Assembly: GCA_036785375.1 (NCBI GenBank)
Contig: JAWMAR010000033.1
Location: 9,548,001-9,612,000 of the forward strand
Length of the DNA stretch: 64,000 nucleotides
Source of the DNA: Leucoraja ocellata
Lineage: Eukaryota
Direction of reading: 5' to 3'
Positions 1-8,143 of this stretch are shown piece by piece (positions within the stretch are counted from its first letter, which is position 1; each line of letters begins with the position of its first letter). The notes under the pieces are model-generated. The model saw only the letters and a list, made by a program, of their open reading frames with translations, was not told the origin of the DNA and did no database searches. Position numbers and translations under genes: made by a program.

Positions 1-725
1 CGTGATTACAATCGAGTCATCCGCAGCGTACAGATACATGATAATGGGAATAATATCTACAACGTTTGGTGCAAGATCATGCAAATAAAGTCCAATCAAC
101 GATTATCTGAGGGTCTCCAGTGAAGCAGATAGTAGCTCAGGACTAAAGGTAGACAAAAATGCTGGAGAAACTCAGCGGGTGAGGCAGCATCTATGGAGCG
201 AAGAAAATAGGTAACGTTTTGGGCCGAACCCTTCTTCAGTAGTTCAGGACTGCTCGTTTGAGAAAGAACTGCAGATGCTGGAATAATCGAAGGTAGACAA
301 AAATGCTGGAGAAACTCAGCGGGTGAGGCAGCATCTATGGAGAGAAGGAATAGGTGACGTTTCGGGTCGAGACAGGTCTGAAGAAGGGTCTCAACCCAAC
401 CCTATTCCTTTGCTCCGTAGATGCTTCCTCACCTGCTGAATTTCTCCAACATTTTTGTCTACCTAGTCCAGGACCGCTCTCTCGTTGTGGTAGGATGGTT
501 CAGTTGCCTGATTGTAGTCGGGAAGAAACTGTCCCTGAATCTGGAGGTGTGTGTTTTCACACTTCTATACCTCTTGCCCGATGGGAGAGCAATGTCTGCT
601 GGCCTTGCCGAGGCAGCGTGAAGTGTAGATGGAGCCAATGGAAGGGAGGTTGGTTTGTGTGTGGTCTGAGCTGCGTCCACAATTCACTGCTACTTCTTGC
701 GGTCTTGGATGGAAGCTGTTCCCAA
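1..725 (-). mobile_element. Rex1/Babar-like (L2-group) LINE 3' fragment interrupted by hammerhead-bearing repeats
   Basis: LPSGKRYRSVKTHTSRFRDSFFPTTIRQLN-type C-terminus on minus; related copies at 32635-32900 and 63825-63950. Confidence 0.6.
146..465. mobile_element. Cluster of Penelope-type hammerhead repeats (one single copy and one inverted pair)
   Basis: gtagacaaaaatgctggagaaactcagcgggtgaggcagcatctatggag...cccttcttcag and its reverse complement. Confidence 0.75.
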
Positions 726-1114
726 AACATTGTCTTGGACATTGGCTTGGATGAGCATTGGACACTTGCAGCACCACCCCACGTGGCCTTCACCTTTGGC
801 AAACTCCTTTGTAAATTATTCATGCAATCAGAATTCAGATTCAGATTCAGATTCAATTTTAATTGAATCTGATGAATTGCAATCTTTTCAGTAGAAAGAA
901 GGAACTGCAGATGTTGGCTAATGGATAAATGGATGCAAAGTGCTGGAGTAACTCAGCAGGTCAGGCAGCATCTGTGCAGAACATGGATAGGCGATATCTG
1001 CATGTAATCCAACCAAATCAGAAAATACTACACATAAATACAATCAAGCCAACCTCAAGTATAACCGTAAGAACAAAGGGAAAGATACAGAGTGCAGAAT
1101 ATAGTTCTCAACAT

Positions 1115-1375
1115 TGTAGTGTAGCAGAGACACAGTCCAATGTCCGCAATGGGATAGGTTTGTGAATCGAGACTGTACCCTAGCTTGGTCCCGTTGTTCC
1201 AACCTACCCCATTGTGGACGTCCACTGTGTCACTGCTACTTCTTGTGGTCTTGGATGTCTTGTGGTCACGTGTAGTGTAGCAGAGACACAGTCCAATGTC
1301 CGCAATGTGATAGATTTGTGAATCGAGACTGTACCCTAGCTTGGTCCCGTTGCTCCAACCTACCCCATTGTGGAC
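1115..1375. repeat. 105-bp direct duplication (1115-1219, 1271-1375)
   Basis: Near-identical copies differing at about 3 positions. Confidence 0.9.
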
Positions 1376-1671
1376 ATGCCCTTTTTTAAATTTGCATTTT
1401 CTTTATAAACATAATGCTATACCACTATTGTGCATTACTCTGGTATTTTGCACTATCTGTTGTACTTGTGAATGGCTAGATTGCACTCATGATTTGACTG
1501 GATAGCACGCCACAAAGATTATCACTGTATTTCAGTGCAACTGACAATAATAAGCCATGAGCAAGCTCATGTGTGTGCGGAGAACGGAGTGCGTACATTT
1601 ATGGGAGGTGTGTGGAAGGGCAGAGCTGGGATAATCGATTGTGAAATGCATGTCCTCGTTCTTCCCTTCAG

Positions 1672-1771
1672 CGAGGAGTCGCTGGTGATGATTGAAGAAA
1701 GTCAGAACTACCGCAGCCAGCTTCTGACCGTCATGCAGGAGACAATCCAGGACCGAGATAACTCCTTGCAG
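1672..1771 (+). CDS. IKBKB: IKK-beta penultimate coding exon (EESLVMIEESQNYRSQLLTVMQETIQDRDNSLQ)
   Basis: ttcAG acceptor and CAG|GTAAG donor; helical segment preceding the IKK NEMO-binding motif; splices in phase 0 to the LDWSWL exon. Confidence 0.85.
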
Positions 1772-2391
1772 GTAAGATCGGCCACACAGCACCTCACTTG
1801 TTTGTATTCACTTACAGCGGTTCCCCTTGCTACATTTCATTCACTTCCGTGGGGCTACATGTGCTGCCACTGCTCCTGTGTTATCAATACGGCACTTTAG
1901 GAAATTTTACTCTACGTTTGACCCTGTACAGGGACTGTGAGTTGAAGAGTTTTACCTTAAAAAAGACACGAAGTGCTGGAGTAACAGCTGGTTAGGCTGC
2001 ATCTCTGGAGAACATTTCATGGTCCCTTCTTCAGACTGGTGATGTTTAGGGTTGGGACCCTTCTTCAGACTGATGTAAGGTTGAAGTCGGGTCCTCTCTT
2101 CAGACTGGTATGTTTCAGGTCGGGACCCTGCTTCTGATGCAAATGGTTTTTCAGTTTTACCAAACCTGTGCTGGGTTAGAGCTACACATGTCTGATGGAA
2201 ACACAAGTTACGATGCCTTGTGTTGACCTCAAGACACTTATAGGCCTAAGTCAGCACAGGTTAGGTACAGTAAAACTCTTCATGCTTATTCCCAATGCAC
2301 GCTTCCAGTAGTGGATCAAGCTCAAAGTTTACGGCCAAAAATAACAAACAAACTGTCAGCTTTCTTCATCTGTTTTTATTCCTTGTTTCAG

Positions 2392-2421
2392 TCACTGGAT
2401 TGGAGTTGGCTGTCCAGCTAA
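2392..2421 (+). CDS. IKBKB: IKK-beta last coding exon SLDWSWLSS* (NEMO-binding domain)
   Basis: Pyrimidine tract and AG at 2390-2391; LDWSWL is diagnostic of IKKalpha/beta; neighbours POLB and DKK4 favour IKBKB. Confidence 0.88.
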   Translation, partial: SLDWSWLSS

Positions 2422-3112
2422 GAGGGAGAAAGCAGTGGAGGTGGATGTCTGTGATCAGCGGTGAACTCAAGCCTGCCTCCCACCCACGTGGACTTGCGGT
2501 ACATCAGCTCCCTCTTGTCTTGGGAGGAAACGACATCCCACATTCTTAGCGAACTGGTGACCAGTGCCAGGAAACCCGATTCTCTAGCCCGATGCTCTAA
2601 TCTTTCCTAACTCCTGGAACCAGGAAGAAATCAATCTGAGGAAGGGTCTCGATCTGAAACATCACCCATTCCTTCTCATCAGAGATGCTGCCGGTTCTGC
2701 TGCGTTACCCCAGCATTTTGTGTCTATCTTCGAAAATCAATCAGCTCCTGGAAACCACCCCAAGTGGACACTTGGCAACATGTTCAGCAGAGGGCTTGGG
2801 TCTGTTCTGTGCTGTACTGTTCTACGTCCTAACGATCCTAAATGCGTCTCGGTCTGCCCTCTCCATGGTGTGGCTCTTGTGGGAGAAGGGCTGTTCCATC
2901 TTGTGTTGGGAGAGGAGGGCTGGGTAGTGGGAGCATGCTCCCACACAGGACTACACTGGCCAGAAGACTTCTGATTCCAGCTTATTGCTCATTCCGCGGC
3001 GGGCTTGCGATAAAATGTTTCGTTCGAACAGGTTGCAGACACGGCTAATGACTAATTGTAGTAAAACATGTAATCAATGCACTGCACAGATCCACCAGCA
3101 AACTATTTTTAC

Positions 3113-3118
3113 AATAAA
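3113..3118 (+). terminator. Candidate IKBKB polyadenylation signal AATAAA
   Basis: First AATAAA downstream of the stop codon at 2421, with T/GT-rich sequence after it. Confidence 0.5.
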
Positions 3119-3584
3119 TAAAATTCCGTTATATGTGCCTTATAAAAGTGCAGTCACAATCTTATCTGTATGTAATGTTATAGTTAAGTGATGCCACTGT
3201 AACGCTGATGTTTTAACTAAATAGTCACCTTTGTGGATGTAGGTGAGTATTGTTATATACACCAGGGTGCAAAAATATGGAGACCTAAGAGACTGCAGAT
3301 GCTAGTGTCTTGTGCAAAAACAAAGTGCTGGAAGAACTCAGTGGGCCAGGCAGCATCTGTGGAGGAAAATGGACAGATGATGTTTCAGGTTAGGATCTGT
3401 CTTCAGACTGATGGAATACAGGGGAGAAAAGTGAGAGGGGAGGGGGCAAGAACAGCTGTTCCCTCCCCATCCTCACCTCCTTACCAGCTTTCTTCGTTCC
3501 AGTGAAGAAGGATCCCAATCTGAAACATCTCCTGTCTATTTCACCCTACTGACCCACTGTGGTGAGAGATGGAGACAATAATAA

Positions 3585-3925
3585 TGTGTGGTCCTCACCC
3601 TTTCTCCCACCTGCCTTCCGCATCTATTCTCCGACAGTTCTGCCACCTTCAATGTGATCCCGCCACTGCTCACATCTTCCTGCCATCACCCCTTTCTGCA
3701 GGAGGTAGGGACAATGCTCTCCAGAAGTCTCACTGACTCTGCCCCTCCCCAAGCACTTTCACCAGCAACCTCAGGGGATATAACACCTGCCCCTACACCT
3801 CCTCACTCACCTCCATCTTCTAGGGACCCCAGTAATCCTTCCAGGTGAGGCAGAGGTTAACATGCACTTCATCAAACCTCATCTCCTGCATCCAGTGCTC
3901 CTGATGTGGTCCTCTCTACATTGCC
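3585..3925 (+). mobile_element. Penelope-like element remnant (GIY-YIG endonuclease region)
   Basis: QVRQRLTCTSSNLISCIQCS*CGPLYI resembles the PLE consensus FTCxSxNxIYCIxCxxCxxxYIG. Confidence 0.7.
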
Positions 3926-4450
3926 AGGACCTGGGTCCAGAGCCTGGGGCTAGGTCGGTCCCGGAGGCCGGACTTGGGCGATGTCCCGGGATGGGGGTCC
4001 CAGCAAGATCAAAAACTTAACCCTAATGCAATTACAGTTCCTTCCTACACATTAAAAATACTAATGGTAACTGATAACCTTTTCTTACACAGACTATTCA
4101 TAATTTGATCTATCATGTATACAACATCATTATTTACCTGCTCTTATCCTCAACTGACATCCTAAACCTGTAGAATTTGCTTGTGTTGTTAGAGTATTGT
4201 TTTTCTAAGACTGGAAAACTGGGCTGGAGATCAGGGGAGCACTTTGTACATTGGGGCTTGGATGATATTTCTTATCACGTCCTCTTGGCTCATGAGTATC
4301 ATAAAGCTAGCTGGATAAAGGATCTAATATCTCCATTGTAAAAATGCAAGGCTGAAGATCAAGAGAGTTTCATTGTCATGTGTCCCAGACAGAACAATGA
4401 CATTCTTACTTGCTGCAGCACAACAGTATATGTACACATAGTGCACTGTA

Positions 4451-5731
4451 TAGGGAGGTTTCACGGCAGTCGGGTCACGACTGCACCATGACCCGTACTG
4501 TTGCTAAGCTATTCCAAATGAATTGCAGATGGGCACTTACCATTGTTTCCAGCGTAGCGGGCCTGTTAAAACCCGCTGAAATGGTCAATTTTTATGCTGT
4601 AAATAATTATGGAAATCTGGATAAGCGTGTGAGACATTTAGCCTACTTCAGAATTCCAAAAGTGAGGAGAAATGACGGTAGATAGGAACGAGAGCTGAAG
4701 GGACAACAACAGCCAGAGTGCTTGGCGAACATTGGCCGTTTGCTCACTGCATTTCATCAACAGTAAGGCATTATTTGTGTTTTTTCTTGATTCCTTTGGC
4801 ATCTAAAAAGTTTCAGAAGTGATAAATGTGGCTGTAATTTTTTTAAATCGCCCATGGTTCTCGTGGGTTTTTACATACAAAATGGAAACGCCTCTGAAGA
4901 CACATTTACAACCAGATTTATCACTTCTGAGAATTCTTAGATACCAAAGGAATCAAGAGAAAACACAAATAATGCCTTACTTGATGAAATGCAGTGAGCA
5001 AACGCGATAATTCCCAATATTTTCAATGTTGACCAAGCACTTTAGCTGCTGTAGTCCCTTCAGTTCTCGCTTCTCTATACCTTCATTTCGCTTCACGTTT
5101 GGAATTGTGAAGTTAGGTACATGTCTCTCACACTTACCCCGACTCCCACAATTTTTTTCAGCGCAAAAATTCAACATTTTGGTGGTTTTTAACAGGTAGG
5201 AAAGTACACATTTCTTGCATTAATAACATATACCTGAAGTGACGGATGTCTTCAATAGAGCATGTCATTATACATTGTGATAGGTATGAGGAAGAAGACA
5301 AATGAGTGAACGATTCAGAAAAGAAAAAGTACAATTTGATTTAATAGATATTTTACAAAATAATTCATATAAGTGCTATCAAATCCTATTGCTTTTTCTC
5401 AGGGTAACCAATTTGTTTGAAAGATATAGGTTATTTGTAGGTAGACAAAATTGCTGGAGAAACTCAGCTGGTGCAGCAGCATCTATGGAGCGAAGGAAAT
5501 AGGCGACGTTTCGGGCCGAAACCCTTCTTCAGACTGATAGGTTATTTGTATATAAGTTATAATGTTATTTGATCCACACTCCACACCAGTTGGTGGTGGT
5601 AATGCACTAAAAAGTTGTTTGCCGACCGCCAAAAAAAACTACATAGAAGAAGATAGATGTCTTCCAGTTGGATTTTTGTGGCTCGGTGCATCGAGCCCTA
5701 TGACCCGGTGACCTTTCGTGCAACCCCCCTA
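4451..5731. mobile_element. Non-autonomous fold-back DNA element with TAG...CTA ends
   Basis: Imperfect TIR TAGGGAGGTTTCACG / CGTGCAACCCCCCTA; internal ~280-bp inverted arms (~4563-4837, ~4907-5194); flanking direct repeat catagtgcactgta. Confidence 0.7.
5440..5536 (-). mobile_element. 97-bp hammerhead-bearing short element with 14-bp TSD
   Basis: ataggttatttgta at 5426-5439 and 5537-5550; minus strand reads CTGAAGAAGGGTTTCGGCCCGAAACGTC. Confidence 0.85.
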
Positions 5732-5929
5732 CATAGTGCACTGTATACAATATGATAAACGAGGGAGAAACAAAGAAATAAAATAATGAATGATTGGGGA
5801 GTGAAGAATGTGGAGAGAGATCTGATGAGATTGGGGTGATATTAATTGTGAACGCTTTAACACCTCCAGTTTAAATTCCATTTGGAATATTTTGGAGGAC
5901 CAAGAACCAAGAACATCTCCTGCAGGGAC

Positions 5930-6230
5930 TCTGACCCCGGGCCCAGGACATCACCTACCCCGGGACATTGCCCCAGCCCCCCCCCCCCCCTGAGGCCCGA
6001 CCTTGCTGGGACCCCCATCCAAGGACCGACCAAGCCCCAACTCGGGCCCCAGGCTCCAGACCCGGGCCCTAGGACTAGGCCCCCCCCGCCCGTTGCCCTG
6101 GCGACCGCCGCCGTTGCCGGGACGGAAGCGGCTGCCATGACGATGGCGGCGGCAGCGTGCGCGCCCCCGCGGCCGGGCGTGCGTGCGGGCGGTTGGACGG
6201 TGACGCTGGAGCGGTGGTGAGTGAGTCCGG
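5930..6230 (+). promoter_or_regulatory. CpG-island promoter and probable non-coding first exon of ENKD1, with RFX X-box-like motifs
   Basis: GC/CpG-rich island; GTTGCCCTGGCGAC at 6092-6105; CGGAAG ETS-like core; GTGAGT donors at 6217 and 6221. Confidence 0.6.
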
Positions 6231-6231
6231 G

Positions 6232-7304
6232 GACGGGGGCAGTGGGGCTGGGGGGGGGGGGGGTAGAGGGGGCAGTGAGGGGGGGTGGGGTAGAGGGGCA
6301 GTGGGGCTGGGATAGAGAGGGCAGTGGGGGGGGTAGAGGGGGCAGTGGGGGGGGGGGGTAGAGGGGGCAGTTGGGGTGGAGGGGGGGGCAGTGAGGCTGG
6401 GATAGAGGGGGCAGTGGGGGTGGGGTAGAGAGGGCAGGGAGGGACAGGATGCAGGGGGGGCATGAGGGTAGAGGGGTAGGGGGCAGGGGGTAGAGGAGAC
6501 AGGAGGGTAGAGGGGACAGGGGCAGTGGGGCTGGTGGTAGAGGGTTAGGGGGGGACAGGAGGGTAGAGGGGACAGGGGGCAGTGGGGCTGGTGGTAGAGG
6601 GTTAGGGGGGGACAGGAGGGTAGAGGGACAGGGGGCAGTGGGGCTGGTGGTAGAGGGTTAGGGGGGACAGGAGGGTAGAGGGGCAGGGGGGTAGGAGAGG
6701 GTGTGGGGGGGATAGGGGTGGACGGGGCTAGGGGGGGTAACAACATGCAGGGGGTAGAGGGGCAGGGGCGGATGCAGGGGGAAAGGAAGATGGAGGGGAC
6801 AGGAGGATAGAGGGAGGTAGGGATGGGGGGTGGAGGACGGGGCTGGGGGGGACAGGATGCAGGGGGGGCAGGAGGGTAGAGGGGGCAAGGAGGTAGGAGA
6901 GGATGTGGGGAGGGGGAGAGATAGGGTTGAGGGGGTGGGGTAAAGGGGCTCGGGACAGAGCTAGGGGCGAACAGGATTTAGGGGGAAGGAAGATGGAGGG
7001 GACAGGAGGGTAGAGGGAGATAGGGATGGGTGGGACTGGGTTAGGAGGGTTGAGGGGGGCTAGGGACAGGGTAGGGGGAAACATGATGTAGGGGTACAGG
7101 AGGATAGAGGGGACAGGGCAGTGGATGGGGGCCGGTGGCAGGGGGCCAGGGTCAAGGGCGAAGGACAGGAGATGATGAGCCGGGGCAGGAAGCAGGGTTA
7201 CAGTAGGGACCAAGGGCAATGGAAGAGCAAAAGGACAGTGGTCTGCGCAGACGGTAGAGTAGGGGGCAAGGGCAGGGGTGGCAGTGAGCACAGGGAGAGG
7301 CGAG

Positions 7305-7337
<33 letters not shown>
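6232..7337 (+). repeat. G-rich low-complexity/minisatellite tract in ENKD1 intron 1, ending in a long C run
   Basis: Repeated ggggcagtgggg and gggtagagggg motifs; ~57-bp unit x3 near 6500-6680; C homopolymer 7306-7337. Confidence 0.9.
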
Positions 7338-7339
<2 letters not shown>

Positions 7340-8058
7340 GACCATCCTTATATTGACTTAAGGTAATCAAAGATATGGAATAAAGTTGAGGTAGAAATCA
7401 GACATCTAATTAAATAGCATAATGTGTTTGGAGTAATCTTGAGCAGGAAACAAAGTGCTGGAGGAACACAGCGGGTCAGGCAGCAACTGTGGTGGGAAAT
7501 GGACAGACAGCATTTTCACAAGTTATGGGAGCAGAATTAGGCCATTCGGCCCATCGAGTCTACTCTGCCATTCAATCATGGCTGATCTCTGCCTCCTAAT
7601 CCCATTTTCCTGCCTTCTCCCGTTAACCCTTGACACCCGTCCATCTCTGCCTTAAAAATATCCACTGACTTGGCCTCCACCGCCCTCTGTGGTAATGAGT
7701 TCCACAGATTAACTACTGACTAAAGAAGTTCCTCCTCACCTCCTTTCTAACAGAGCACCCTTTAATTATGAAGCTGTGACCTCTGGTCGTAGTCTCTCCC
7801 ACTTTTGGTTTTGGACCTTTCTTCAGACTGATGATAGTTGACGTTTGACATTATCGGCTCAGTCTGAAGAAGGGTCCTGATTCAAAACATTGTCTTTCCG
7901 TTTCCCTCCACAGATGCTGCCTGACCCACTGTATTCCTCCAGCACTTTGCATGTTAAGTGTAGCGTCTTTGTACGGCTAAATGGATTCTCGGTCTTTGTT
8001 CCTCTCTTTAACCAAGCTACTTTGACAATGCTTTGTTACAGCATTATCAGCAAAGAAA

Positions 8059-8143
8059 ATGTCTGAAGGACCCTCCAACATATCTGGACCTATTCCACCA
8101 GACCCAACGCTGTTCCCAGACTTTTACCGACGTCCGATATCAG
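8059..8143 (+). CDS. ENKD1: ENKD1 coding exon 1
   Basis: MSEGPSNISGPIPPDPTLFPDFYRRPIS; acceptor at 8041 (or 8050), donor CAG|GTGAAT. Confidence 0.9.

Noticed and set aside
830-856. Short microsatellites such as (TTCAGA)n, (AAT)n, (GAATCTT)n and (GTTTA)n
   Set aside because: Mostly ordinary retroelement tails
1672-2421. CHUK (IKK-alpha)
   Set aside because: The short tail fits, but linkage to POLB and DKK4 favours IKBKB; not fully excluded without the kinase domain
6137-6216. MTMAAAACAPP... as an N-terminal extension of ENKD1
   Set aside because: Neither donor/acceptor combination is in frame with ATG 8059
5857-7370. Long Pro-rich and Gly-rich ORFs on both strands
   Set aside because: Artefacts of the G-rich low-complexity intron; no domain or splice support
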